64,000 nt of DNA from a virus (lineage: Duplodnaviria; Caudoviricetes). Location: the IMG/VR virus record IMGVR_UViG_3300037400_004242. One strand, given 5' to 3'. The notes below the pieces were generated by a model. That model made no database searches. It saw only the letters and a program-made list of their open reading frames with translations, and was not told where the DNA came from. Made by a program: the position numbers and the translations under genes. Shown here in pieces: positions 11,359-21,751 of the stretch (within the stretch, counting starts at the first letter, position 1; each line of letters starts with the position of its first letter).

Positions 11359-11401
11359 ATAAAGATATACAATAAAAACATTGTATATCTTTATTTTTTT
11401 T
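11359..11401 (+). terminator. Intrinsic terminator
   Basis: 15-bp stem ATAAAGATATACAAT / ATTGTATATCTTTAT followed by a T-run. Confidence 0.75.
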
Positions 11402-11432
11402 GTAGAAAACATATAGAAAAGGAGGATGAATA

Positions 11433-12374
11433 ATGGCAATTAGTGAACAAGATATTGCGAACGCCATGAACGCTAACGTATCAGAACAAGAGCCTGATAT
11501 ATTAGAAGGAATTAATAGAACAATTCCACCACAGCCATCAACACTTTTAGTTGATAAAGCAAAGAATCAGTTAGATAAATATTATGACATCCAAATACGT
11601 GTTGCTCAAATTGAAAATCCACAAGAGGATATTATTTCAGTTGTTGATAGAAATCCATTAGATATAAGTCATACAATTAATGATAATACAGGTCAAGTAT
11701 GTTTACGTTTTAATGATTTGGGATTGGGATTTATGAATCCTGATGGTGCAGGAGAAAAATTAAATTCCATGTATGACTATGACCCAAAAATGCAAAATGA
11801 ATATGCTGTTACAAATGTGGATAGTAGACCGAATGTAGGATTAACTTATCCTTTTATTTTTGTTGGTACGCAAAGTTGGTGTGGTTTTAATTATTTACCT
11901 CCTGTTGGAAGTAAAGTATTAGTTGGATTCGGTAAAAATCACAAACCTTTTATCCTAGGGTTTTTAGCAGAACAATATAAATTAATGCGACCGATTTTAC
12001 ACCCAGGAGAAATTATGATAAAAGGATATGGAAATAATTATATTCATTGGCGATGGAGTAACAAATTGGATATAGTTGCAGGTGGTTCTGAAGGAGAAAT
12101 CGACCGTGATGATGCCGCAGGAGGAAAAACTATTGCATGTAGTAATTCTTGTATGATACAATTGGATGCTGACAATGGACAAATTTCGTTGCTCGTAAAT
12201 GGTACTGGATTGGTAGTAAGTGGCGATGGTGTTCATATGCGTCATAAAACAAGTTCTATTGATATAACTGATGAGGGTGTATCTACATTAACAACAGGTT
12301 CCATTAGTATGGATGGTGCGGCTATGGATAAACATATCGCGAAAGAGAGTTCCAACCCTGGTTCTAAAAAGTAA
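11433..12374 (+). CDS. Baseplate central spike (gpV/gp45-like)
   Basis: GFNYLPPVGSKVLVGF OB-fold motif followed by beta-strand repeats; precedes the gp25 and J genes. Confidence 0.65.
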   Translation: MAISEQDIANAMNANVSEQEPDILEGINRTIPPQPSTLLVDKAKNQLDKYYDIQIRVAQIENPQEDIISVVDRNPLDISHTINDNTGQVCLRFNDLGLGFMNPDGAGEKLNSMYDYDPKMQNEYAVTNVDSRPNVGLTYPFIFVGTQSWCGFNYLPPVGSKVLVGFGKNHKPFILGFLAEQYKLMRPILHPGEIMIKGYGNNYIHWRWSNKLDIVAGGSEGEIDRDDAAGGKTIACSNSCMIQLDADNGQISLLVNGTGLVVSGDGVHMRHKTSSIDITDEGVSTLTTGSISMDGAAMDKHIAKESSNPGSKK

Positions 12375-12386
12375 GGTGATAAGAGT

Positions 12387-12872
12387 ATGTCAGTTGATGC
12401 AGAATTATTTACGTTATGTGACCATTATACAGGAGGAAAACAGTATGCTCCTGAAAAATGTCCAAAATGTGGAGGAAAAGGATATTATTATGATATTTCT
12501 TATGATTTAAATGGTCATGCAAAATTAGTAACAGGAACAATAAAATTACAGCAAGAAATGTTAAAAATTATTAATGATGTAAAAGGTAATAACATATTTT
12601 TTAAACGTTGGGGTTCAGAACTTCATGATTTAATTGGTAAGAAAAAAACGAGATTGACAAACTCGAAATTACAGATTATGATTCGTACTTCTTTGGAATA
12701 TTTAAAATATTTGCAATTAGCAGAAAATAAAGATTATGCAAATATGACACCTGATGAAATTCTTTTAGGTGTAGAAAATATAAAAGTAAAAGATTATGTA
12801 GTTGGTTATGATGTTAATGTTACGATTAAAAATCAATCAAGTGAAATCTTAGACCAAACGATTCTATTATAA
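12387..12872 (+). CDS. gp25/gpW-like baseplate wedge protein with an N-terminal CxxCxGxG zinc motif
   Basis: WGSELHDLIG motif and size fit gp25; lies between the spike and J genes. Confidence 0.65.
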   Translation: MSVDAELFTLCDHYTGGKQYAPEKCPKCGGKGYYYDISYDLNGHAKLVTGTIKLQQEMLKIINDVKGNNIFFKRWGSELHDLIGKKKTRLTNSKLQIMIRTSLEYLKYLQLAENKDYANMTPDEILLGVENIKVKDYVVGYDVNVTIKNQSSEILDQTILL

Positions 12873-12889
12873 AAGTTGGTGAATTTTTC

Positions 12890-14866
12890 GTGATAAAACA
12901 AAGAACGTATGATGAAATTGTACAATCAATACGTAATAATATTTATGAACGTGACCCTAGAGTAGATTCAAAAGCAGGGACTTTTGTATCTGATGTTTTG
13001 GTTCAGCCACAAGCAGATGAACTTGCGGCGGCTTACATAGATATGAAAATAATGGAAATTAATCAATCCATTTTAACTGCAACTGGATATGATTTAGACC
13101 GTTTAGGAATGAACTATTTTACGTATCGTCATGCAGGAACGAAAGCATCAGGACGTGTACGATTCTTTATTAAGAATTCAAATAAATATGGTGTTACAAA
13201 AGATGCATTTCCTGAAGAAGTTTCTATTCCTGAAGGTTTAGAAGTCGCAACAGCGGCAACGGCAACATCAGACCAATTAGTATTTAAAACATTATCATCT
13301 GCTTATATGACACAGCAACAAATGTGGGATATGGCAAATACAGATGAATCTACAGGATATCGTTATATAGAATTGCCGATTGAATGTGAAGCTGTTGGTA
13401 GCGCAGGAAATGTAGAAGCAGGAGAAGTTTCTGCTTTTTATAGTGATACAGTTGAAGGAATTGTTGCTGTTTATAATTCTTTAGCATTAACAGGTGGTTC
13501 AGATAATGAAGATGATAATTCGTTAAGAATGAGAATTATGTTATCTGTATTAGGTGCTTCCATTTGTACGAAAAATGGTTATTTAAAGTGGGTAATTCAA
13601 AAAGATAATGTTAATGATGCATTTGTTGTTGGTGCAGGAGATTATTTAATGTACCGTGATGGCGGATATATTAATGCCGCAGGTTCGTATACATATGGAT
13701 TGGGTGGCATGGTTGATATATGGGTACGTGGTGAATTACCAATTACTTATACGAACCAATTCACTGTAACAACTTCTTATAAAACAGGTATTGGTCAAGA
13801 AGGAGACTATGAAGGTGTCCCTTGCCATGATTTAGTATTAGATTTTCAACCTGTTTTACAAATTGTTTCTATTAAATCTGCAAATACAGGATATGCATTT
13901 GAAAATGCAGAAAATTTTGAAATAGAATATGGATATTCAGGTACATCAACTCTAGAAAAAACATATTATAAAGATGTATTATGGGATTTTTCGGTTACAG
14001 AAAAATTTACAGATACAGAATATTATCCAATGGATGTTGTAGATGATACAGAAGTAGAAGTTTTAAGAAAACAAGTTAATGCAGAACTTTTACGTTTAAT
14101 GGATGAAATGACAAATGTAAGTTTCAATTTAAATTGGAAAACAATGTATTATGAGGATATTTCTTCTTATGATGTCACACCAATGTTTCGTAAAGTATCT
14201 TATAATGGAAATTGTTATAAATTGATTGCATTGGATAAACGTTTAAATGGGCGTATGTTTGTAAAGAAAAATAATCGTATATATCTTCGTGTTTATCAAA
14301 ATCCTGATTTTGTTTTGATTAATATGCCTTATTCAGATGAACAGAAGACAATTTCTCAAAAGGGAAATGATATTGGTGGTTCTGTATATTCAAAGGATGT
14401 TATTCATTTTACAGATACAGGGAAAGAAAAAATACAAGATGGAGATATGCTTCAAATTACATATACTACTAATGCTTTGATTTCTACTTTGCAAAATGAA
14501 ATGAATGCTATGAGAATTTTGACGGCAGATATTTTAATACGTCAAGCAAAGAAAGTAGATATTCAGATTATTGTTAATTTGAATATTGAAAGTACATATG
14601 ATTCAACAACAATTAAGAATACGATTGCAACAGCGTTAAGTACATATATTAATAGTATGAAACGTTTAGGTGGTCGTATTGAAGATTCAGAAATTGTTAC
14701 GATTATTCGTAGTCTTTCTGGTGTAGACCATGTTGACATTGAAAATGTAACTTTATGTAAAGTAGGTGGAGCAGATGTCAACGAAATTATATTGGATGAT
14801 AATGAATATTTTAATTTATACACATTATCATTAAATGTAACAAGTGGTAGTACTGTCGAATCTTAA
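12890..14866 (+). CDS. Baseplate J-like wedge protein
   Basis: ATGYDLDRLG, CEAVGSAGNV and GGSDNEDDNSLRMR are baseplate J signatures. Confidence 0.85.
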   Translation: MIKQRTYDEIVQSIRNNIYERDPRVDSKAGTFVSDVLVQPQADELAAAYIDMKIMEINQSILTATGYDLDRLGMNYFTYRHAGTKASGRVRFFIKNSNKYGVTKDAFPEEVSIPEGLEVATAATATSDQLVFKTLSSAYMTQQQMWDMANTDESTGYRYIELPIECEAVGSAGNVEAGEVSAFYSDTVEGIVAVYNSLALTGGSDNEDDNSLRMRIMLSVLGASICTKNGYLKWVIQKDNVNDAFVVGAGDYLMYRDGGYINAAGSYTYGLGGMVDIWVRGELPITYTNQFTVTTSYKTGIGQEGDYEGVPCHDLVLDFQPVLQIVSIKSANTGYAFENAENFEIEYGYSGTSTLEKTYYKDVLWDFSVTEKFTDTEYYPMDVVDDTEVEVLRKQVNAELLRLMDEMTNVSFNLNWKTMYYEDISSYDVTPMFRKVSYNGNCYKLIALDKRLNGRMFVKKNNRIYLRVYQNPDFVLINMPYSDEQKTISQKGNDIGGSVYSKDVIHFTDTGKEKIQDGDMLQITYTTNALISTLQNEMNAMRILTADILIRQAKKVDIQIIVNLNIESTYDSTTIKNTIATALSTYINSMKRLGGRIEDSEIVTIIRSLSGVDHVDIENVTLCKVGGADVNEIILDDNEYFNLYTLSLNVTSGSTVES

Positions 14867-14889
14867 TAAAAAGGAAGGGATGAAATAAA

Positions 14890-17800
14890 TTGAAAACAGG
14901 TATTCGTTTTACTTGTTTGGAAAATGGAGATAACCTGCTAGGACAAAACTGGACATATAAGACAAAGACAGGCGTAGAAGCAATTGTTGAAAAAGTTGCC
15001 GATATGTTTGAACATGTATCAAATTTAAATATTACATATGTCATAGACAAACTTGTCATTGGCAAAGATAAAACGAATTCTCTTTACCTTCCAAATACAG
15101 GCATAAATGGTAATCTCTGGCCAATTACAGAACGTTTAGGTCAGTATAATTTAATGATTCAAAAGTATAATATTGACCTTGTTGTTGAAATTGAATATCC
15201 TACACGAATTACTTCTTTTAATTACATGGATTATGCCAAATATACAGTAGAATTAATTAGTAAATATTCTTTTATCAAAAATTGGCAGATAATGACAAAT
15301 CCTGAAGAAGTGGATAAAATGAAAGAATATAAATGTCCACCAGACGTTTATGTTCAAATGATGAAATATATTTATCCGTTAATTCATGATAATTATTCAG
15401 ATATTAAAATTGGTGGTCCTGGATGTTCTGATGCAATTAATGAATATGTAAAAACAGAATATAAAAATGAAGACAAACAAGTCTTTCATCAAGGATGGCT
15501 TGCCGCCGCAACCGGTGAATATTATGGTACATCACCACAATATGATGCTACGGAAAAAGGTGGATTTTTACAATATATTGATTTTTTTGCTTTTCAAGGT
15601 GATAACAGTACAGGCAAATTTACATATGAAACTTTTCCTGCTGTTATTGTAAAATTAAAGCAAGGATTGAATAAGCAAGCTCAAAGAGCAGGTTTTAATT
15701 TAAATGTTGAATATTGGTCTACAAAACAAGGTCATATGGCAAATTACGATAATGTTTCTGATTTGCAATTGCAAGCATATCGTGATTTGAAGGAATATAT
15801 GGTTGATTTTGCGATGGGAATTATCCCATTCAAAAAGCAATTAGTAGATGAATTTTATGACCCAAATAGTGGAATAGATTTAAACGCATATGGCATTTTA
15901 TATTACTATTTAGGATTGGATAGAAAACCTTCTTTTCAACAATTTAAATTTATTTTAAAAATGTTGGAAGATTATGATGATATTTGTAGGGATGAATTGT
16001 TAATTAAAGCAAAACGTCCTTATGATATTACAACCGCAGATGTACAAAGTGTCATGTTTATGGCAAAAGACAAAAGTAAAGTTTTAACGATTGTATATCC
16101 TGCGATTGAACGAATTATTTCAGAAGGTGCAAAAAATGTAGCAACTGTTACATTAAAACCTGCTTTAAATCGAACAATTCATGTACCTGATGGTTCGCAA
16201 TATACTATTACAACTCCAACAAACGTTAATTTTAAATCCTATGATTTTATTGCAGTTGAAGAAAGTTTAATTGTCAGCACAAAAAATAAAGAAGAGCTTC
16301 GTGCGGATGTAACTAATAAATTAAATTTTTATAATACGTATATTCAGAATCTATTAAAAATGGTTCCTGATGATTACAACAAAGAAGTTTACGATACAAA
16401 TTTTTATAATTTACTTCGTGCGGCAGGTATTGAGTTCGGTGATTTGCGTTATGATATGAGTATCTTAAAAGATAATTATTTTTTAAGAACGGCTCATGGC
16501 GATGCTATCTTTAATAACTTTGGTGCTATTATTGGTGTAAAATGGAAACCAAAGTGGTCTGAAAAACAATATAGAAATGCTGTTTCAGGAATTATAGAAG
16601 CATTATTTCATGGTGCAAATAAAAATTCAATTGCAAAAGCAATTAAATTATATACAGGATATTCTGTAAAAATATATGAGTTATTTAAAGATTATGGACA
16701 TTATGGTATACCACAAAATGAAAATTGGGAAAATCAATATCGTTTTACAGTAGAAGTAGAAAAAGATATTGATGAATCTTTGGATGTAAAAGAAGCATAT
16801 GACGAAACAAAAGAAGTCTTGGATTTAACTCGTCCTGCTCATACATTACCAATTATTATGATTGTTCTCGTTGGTAGAGAAAATTATAGAGAGTGGTATA
16901 AACAAAGATATGGAATAGATTTTTCAAAATCAGATAAATTTGACCCTGAATATATGATTTTGAAAGAATCCAATAAATATGGATGGAAATCTATTAATTA
17001 TGATTGGGTTTTGCATCATGCAGAAACAGATAATCATATTAAAACAAATTCCATATATCCGATAGGACCAAGATATACTTTATATGATAGGGTAAAATAT
17101 AATTATAAACAGCTATTTCGTACACATATAAGAAAACCGATAGATACTCCGTGGGCAGAACTTATTTCTTGGTATAAAGATAAGTATGAACGTCCAATCT
17201 ATGAAGATTTAGTCATGGAAAATTATATGGAGTTCTATGAAGTTAAATATGGAATTAAACCTACATTAGAAGAAAAAATTTTAAAAACAAATGGTGGCTT
17301 ACTATATGATAAAGATGGGAACGTTATTGGTTCAGAACATCGAAAATTAAATACATTTCGTTATGGTGTAAAGTATGCATTAAAAGATGAATTTTTCTTA
17401 GGAAGAGAATATTATGCAGAAGATAAATTTCACAAAGTTTTAGATTCTTTGGTGAATACTTTTGTAAGGATGATATTTGAAGATACTTATGATTTACCAA
17501 TAGATGATGAAATTACAGGTTGGGATACAGGTGCTGTATTTACAGAATTAAAATATGGATATGCGCCAAGTTATGCATGTTCTTTTATTACATATAAACC
17601 TGATACACCAGGATTTAATCGTGTAACGAATCGTACTCGTTGGGGTGTATATTATCGTTTAAAAGATAATCGTTATTATTTTGATATAAGTACACCTTTT
17701 AAAGATTCATTTAAAACACCAACTCCTGCACCAGCTTCGTCAACAACAATGACAAAACCTTTTACAGAATCTGTAGGAGTTGTTGCAGGTTCTTCTGCTT

Positions 17801-18063
17801 CTGTTGGCTCTTCTACGGTTCCGACTTTGACAGAAACAATAACTTCTGTAAGTGAATCAAGTACTTCTGCAAGTGCATCATCAACAAAACCGCTTATAGA
17901 AACTATGCCAACACCAAGTGGAACAATGGGAGTTTCAACACCAATACCAATTCCGTTTAAAGAAAGTAAAATTAGTACTATTAAAGATAGCGGTGCTCGT
18001 ATTGAAATGTATAAAGTAGATGCAGTAGGAACAATTACAATGATTCGTTCGGAAGGAGTATAA
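14890..18063 (+). CDS. Baseplate wedge (gpI-like) protein fused to an N-terminal degenerate clan GH-A barrel, with a C-terminal S/T/P-rich segment
   Basis: The C-terminal half has gpI-like YRNAV..GANKNSI..RPAHT motifs. The N-terminal half has WQIMTNP, KIGGPG, IDFFAF and YWSTKQG. Confidence 0.55.
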   Translation: MKTGIRFTCLENGDNLLGQNWTYKTKTGVEAIVEKVADMFEHVSNLNITYVIDKLVIGKDKTNSLYLPNTGINGNLWPITERLGQYNLMIQKYNIDLVVEIEYPTRITSFNYMDYAKYTVELISKYSFIKNWQIMTNPEEVDKMKEYKCPPDVYVQMMKYIYPLIHDNYSDIKIGGPGCSDAINEYVKTEYKNEDKQVFHQGWLAAATGEYYGTSPQYDATEKGGFLQYIDFFAFQGDNSTGKFTYETFPAVIVKLKQGLNKQAQRAGFNLNVEYWSTKQGHMANYDNVSDLQLQAYRDLKEYMVDFAMGIIPFKKQLVDEFYDPNSGIDLNAYGILYYYLGLDRKPSFQQFKFILKMLEDYDDICRDELLIKAKRPYDITTADVQSVMFMAKDKSKVLTIVYPAIERIISEGAKNVATVTLKPALNRTIHVPDGSQYTITTPTNVNFKSYDFIAVEESLIVSTKNKEELRADVTNKLNFYNTYIQNLLKMVPDDYNKEVYDTNFYNLLRAAGIEFGDLRYDMSILKDNYFLRTAHGDAIFNNFGAIIGVKWKPKWSEKQYRNAVSGIIEALFHGANKNSIAKAIKLYTGYSVKIYELFKDYGHYGIPQNENWENQYRFTVEVEKDIDESLDVKEAYDETKEVLDLTRPAHTLPIIMIVLVGRENYREWYKQRYGIDFSKSDKFDPEYMILKESNKYGWKSINYDWVLHHAETDNHIKTNSIYPIGPRYTLYDRVKYNYKQLFRTHIRKPIDTPWAELISWYKDKYERPIYEDLVMENYMEFYEVKYGIKPTLEEKILKTNGGLLYDKDGNVIGSEHRKLNTFRYGVKYALKDEFFLGREYYAEDKFHKVLDSLVNTFVRMIFEDTYDLPIDDEITGWDTGAVFTELKYGYAPSYACSFITYKPDTPGFNRVTNRTRWGVYYRLKDNRYYFDISTPFKDSFKTPTPAPASSTTMTKPFTESVGVVAGSSASVGSSTVPTLTETITSVSESSTSASASSTKPLIETMPTPSGTMGVSTPIPIPFKESKISTIKDSGARIEMYKVDAVGTITMIRSEGV

Positions 18064-18066
18064 AAT

Positions 18067-18729
18067 ATGTACGTGTTGTTTGAACAAGGTCAAGATACAG
18101 CATGTGGATATGATTCTAGAGTAAAACCTTTCATGACAGGAATTAAACTAGATGATATTTCCATGTTAACAAAAGATATTGAAGAAGAATATTGGGTGGA
18201 TGAAAATAAAGGAGGTTTGAAATGGTATGTTGATAAACATGGGATGCCGACAACAGACCCTAGAGACGCAAAACCATTACAAAAGAAAATCTCTGTTCAT
18301 GAAACAATAGATTTTGCTCATTATCCAAATAAATTTACAAAATTAGATATTATGAAATATAAGAAACAATTATTATTAGACGAATATAATTGTGATGATT
18401 GTTATATGTATGAATTTGGATTAAATAAATTTGTAAATAGAGATAAATCTAAAAATATTCAAATTCTAGAAGATGATATACAATTATTTCAAAATGGAGT
18501 GTTAGTTACGACACCAATTAATATTCATGATTATAAACATTTTGAAGTTATTGTAGATGCAGAAGAAGATGTTCAAATATATTATGCTTATGATGGAGAA
18601 CATTTTGCAAAATCTAAAAAGCATAATACAATTGTAGATGAAGGTATTGATAAAATTTATTTACAGATAAAAAATAAATTCGATGGAAAAAATATGGTAT
18701 ATGCATATCATGTTTTATTGAAAGAATGA
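18067..18729 (+). CDS. Hypothetical virion protein
   Basis: ORF with SD GGAG inside the baseplate operon. Confidence 0.55.
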   Translation: MYVLFEQGQDTACGYDSRVKPFMTGIKLDDISMLTKDIEEEYWVDENKGGLKWYVDKHGMPTTDPRDAKPLQKKISVHETIDFAHYPNKFTKLDIMKYKKQLLLDEYNCDDCYMYEFGLNKFVNRDKSKNIQILEDDIQLFQNGVLVTTPINIHDYKHFEVIVDAEEDVQIYYAYDGEHFAKSKKHNTIVDEGIDKIYLQIKNKFDGKNMVYAYHVLLKE

Positions 18730-18783
18730 TACATTCACAATATAATAAATTAAAATCATATCATAAAAGAGGGGAAGTATAGT

Positions 18784-20835
18784 ATGGCAGGTGGATTCTC
18801 AGGAGGAATCGGTGGCGGTGGTAGTACATCAACATCAAGTCCTTTATACGCTTATAATCCTACTTTCTTACAACCAATAAAAGGTTCTTTTAATAAAGAT
18901 GCAAATTTTGTATCTTTAAATGTAGGCACAGATGCATACGTAACAGAACGCGAAGTCAATGAAATGCAGTGGATTCAGATTGAACGCGCCGCAAATACTT
19001 TGCGTCATATTGCAAAATCTGGTATTGTTACAATTGACAAAACGAATAAATTTGCAGAATGTTTTCAAATTGTTAATAACGATGAAACAAATTTGAATGG
19101 ATTTGAATTACCTCCATTTGAATCTGTATGCGATGGTTATTTAGTTCACCATGAAGAATATCATGGTTCACCAACTATTACACCACAGAATATTAAAGTA
19201 AGATTACCAAATCCTCCAATTGGTGGGTATCGTCATGATTTTGTATTCCTAGAGTATTGGTTTGCAGAATTAAAAAAGAATGACGATGTTCCAAAATGGG
19301 GTTATATTTATAATCAAAAAATTCCGTTTCATATCATAGATGAACGAATTATGGATGAAACATCACATCGTATTCAATTGCGTTGGACGATTTCACATTA
19401 TGAAGATTACGATGACTGGTGCGAAAATGGATTTATTAAACCTGATGGAACACCAAATCCTAAAATTCATCCTTTACCACAAACAGGTTGGATAGCACCA
19501 GGTTATCATTATGTACAGACAGAACATGACCCATATTTGTTCCGTGCAGGTGTAGGTATGTCTAGTACAGTTCATACAGCCGATGGATATGTTTATGCAA
19601 TTCCATTATTTAATATTTTTAGATTTAATAATAGTGGGTTTAATGCGGCTTATAATCCTTTCGGTGGTGTTGATTACGTAGATTCAACAACAGTTTGTGA
19701 TAGACCTGATAATAAATTCTCAAATATTATTTATACTGACCAGATTACTGATTTGCGTCATTTATCAGCTTTGGGCGAAGAACAATATGATAAGATTTAT
19801 GTTCGCCAGGAAGATTACTACAAATATTTAACCATTACTCGTAATAAGATTATGAATACGTCTTATGAGTATTGGTATTTGAAAAATATTCTTAGAAATA
19901 TAGATATTGATTTGCCATCCATTCATGATTTGGAAATTTATGGACATGAAATGATTCATCAATGGGGTTTAACAAATGGCGCAGGATTAGACCCATTAGA
20001 TGAAGATAGAAAAATTGTTTATAAAAAACATAATAAATATTATGTTGGAAAACGATTAGAAAAGAAAAACTATTGTGTTGTTCCAACTTGTATTGATTAC
20101 GATTTAGAAGATGCAGGAACCATTGGTGATGTTTATATTAATAAATATCCAACAAAATTCCGTTTGTATAATACAGGTGCAAAAAATCTTCGTATGAATC
20201 TAGAAGCGTTCTTCGTCGATGGAGAAGTCGTTATGAGTGGTGAAGGAGTATTCTCAGGAATGGATGGTACTCCGATTGATATGCCATTTAAAATGGATGA
20301 TGATAGATATTTTGTATCCATTACAGCATTAGACAATACAAATGGTAGAAATGGTGAAATTTTTGTAAAACTTGTAGAAAAACAAATCTTTGTATATAAT
20401 ACCGGATTAAAAACAAGTTCTGTAGGTACAGTTGTTTCTACAACAGGAAATAAATTTCAATGGGTTGTCATTGATATGCAAAGTCCTGAATGGAAAAATT
20501 CAAATTATGTCAATGTAAAATTGGACGGACATAATGGTGTACAAGTTTCTACAACAGAATTTGGTGAACATTATCGTTTGAATTTAGGAACACCAATTGT
20601 TCCAACTTCTGTTTTGATTGACCAAGGTTCTATTGGCGATATATATGCTGATATTGATGAAGATGACCTATTTACCGTATATAATACAGGTAAAGCAGGA
20701 GCAACAGTACAATGCTTTATCTTTAATGATGTTGAATATGTAGATTATTACGATACTCAGCCAATTCCTGTTCCTGTGGATGTTCCAAATATTGTTCAGA
20801 AAGAATTTGAATATCCTATGAAACCTTATGAGTAA
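18784..20835 (+). CDS. Baseplate/tail-fibre protein; N-terminal domain paralogous to 23084-26737
   Basis: Shared motifs: EVNEMQ/ELNEIQ, FLEYW/YLEVW, DETSHR/DETSRR, YVYAIP/YVYALP and RPD. The C-terminus has repeated GD(V/I)Y..VYNTG units. Confidence 0.6.
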   Translation: MAGGFSGGIGGGGSTSTSSPLYAYNPTFLQPIKGSFNKDANFVSLNVGTDAYVTEREVNEMQWIQIERAANTLRHIAKSGIVTIDKTNKFAECFQIVNNDETNLNGFELPPFESVCDGYLVHHEEYHGSPTITPQNIKVRLPNPPIGGYRHDFVFLEYWFAELKKNDDVPKWGYIYNQKIPFHIIDERIMDETSHRIQLRWTISHYEDYDDWCENGFIKPDGTPNPKIHPLPQTGWIAPGYHYVQTEHDPYLFRAGVGMSSTVHTADGYVYAIPLFNIFRFNNSGFNAAYNPFGGVDYVDSTTVCDRPDNKFSNIIYTDQITDLRHLSALGEEQYDKIYVRQEDYYKYLTITRNKIMNTSYEYWYLKNILRNIDIDLPSIHDLEIYGHEMIHQWGLTNGAGLDPLDEDRKIVYKKHNKYYVGKRLEKKNYCVVPTCIDYDLEDAGTIGDVYINKYPTKFRLYNTGAKNLRMNLEAFFVDGEVVMSGEGVFSGMDGTPIDMPFKMDDDRYFVSITALDNTNGRNGEIFVKLVEKQIFVYNTGLKTSSVGTVVSTTGNKFQWVVIDMQSPEWKNSNYVNVKLDGHNGVQVSTTEFGEHYRLNLGTPIVPTSVLIDQGSIGDIYADIDEDDLFTVYNTGKAGATVQCFIFNDVEYVDYYDTQPIPVPVDVPNIVQKEFEYPMKPYE

Positions 20836-20883
20836 TATCTTTAATCGTAAATAAAAATATATAAACAAGGAGATTAAAAAATT

Positions 20884-21537
20884 ATGAATTTATCAGAAAT
20901 TATGGCAAAGAATACAATGAAAGGTCAAATCTCTATGATTGCTCATAAGGGAGGAGAACTTGTTAATGGTAAGATTGTTGGCGGTGAAGTATTAAAGACA
21001 TTTACTGTACAGAACTTGATTGTAGATACAGCTTCTAAGTTGATGGCGGCTCGTATGGCTCCTGGTGCTATTACAGGTGGTACAAATCCTGCTTTCCAAG
21101 GAAACTTTGTAGACCGTGGTTTACAGTATCTTGCTTTAGGTGTTGGTTACTTGAAGAATCCTGCACTTCCTTATGATGAAACGACAAACAATGTTGATAC
21201 AACAAAGTGGAATTTACAGAATCCTCCACAGGAGCAGTTAACAGAAACAAAACTTGTAGGTGAGTTTTATCGTAAGCGTTTTACGACTTGGTGCTTTGTT
21301 GATGCGGCAGGAAATGAAACAAGTTCTCTTACAAATGTACTGAAACTTTCTACTACATTCTATGAGAATGAAGCAAATGGTCCTATTACCGAAATGGGTA
21401 TTTATGGCGGTGATGCTCAAGATTGGGGCGCAGGTGTAGGTAAAGATAGCGGCACATTATTCAACTTAAAACGTATAAAAGTATGGAATAAGGAGAATTA
21501 TAGTAGGCTTAGTATAGTATGGCAAATTACATTCTGA
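20884..21537 (+). CDS. Baseplate/tail-fibre attachment protein
   Basis: NLIV..YLALGVG..EANGPITEMGIYG..LFN..IVWQITF pattern seen in myophage baseplate proteins. Confidence 0.6.
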   Translation: MNLSEIMAKNTMKGQISMIAHKGGELVNGKIVGGEVLKTFTVQNLIVDTASKLMAARMAPGAITGGTNPAFQGNFVDRGLQYLALGVGYLKNPALPYDETTNNVDTTKWNLQNPPQEQLTETKLVGEFYRKRFTTWCFVDAAGNETSSLTNVLKLSTTFYENEANGPITEMGIYGGDAQDWGAGVGKDSGTLFNLKRIKVWNKENYSRLSIVWQITF

Positions 21538-21636
21538 TGTTTCACATTCTGATGTTTCACATTCTGATGCGTCTGCATTTTGATGTTTCACATTTTGATG
21601 TTTACACATTTTGATGTTTACACATTTTGATGTTTA
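21529..21636 (+). repeat. Tandem array of seven 15-16 bp units, ACATT(C/T)TGATGTTT(A)C, without spacers
   Basis: Units start at 21529, 21544, 21559, 21575, 21590, 21606 and 21622. Most contain the dyad ACAT-N4-ATGT. Confidence 0.9.
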
Positions 21637-21683
21637 AAATATTTTACAAAAATTACTAAATTTAAAATAAAATATAAATATAA

Positions 21684-21716
21684 AAAGAGAGAATAAAATT
21701 TATTCTCTCTTTATTT
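21684..21716 (+). terminator. Hairpin terminator
   Basis: Inverted repeat AAAGAGAGAATAA / TTATTCTCTCTTT. Confidence 0.6.
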
Positions 21717-21751
21717 CATTTTAAAGCGAAATATTTTCAGGAGGAAAACAT

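Noticed and set aside
21529-21636. Possible CRISPR array
   Set aside because: The units are 15-16 bp and directly adjacent, with no unique spacers, and there are no cas genes in the window.
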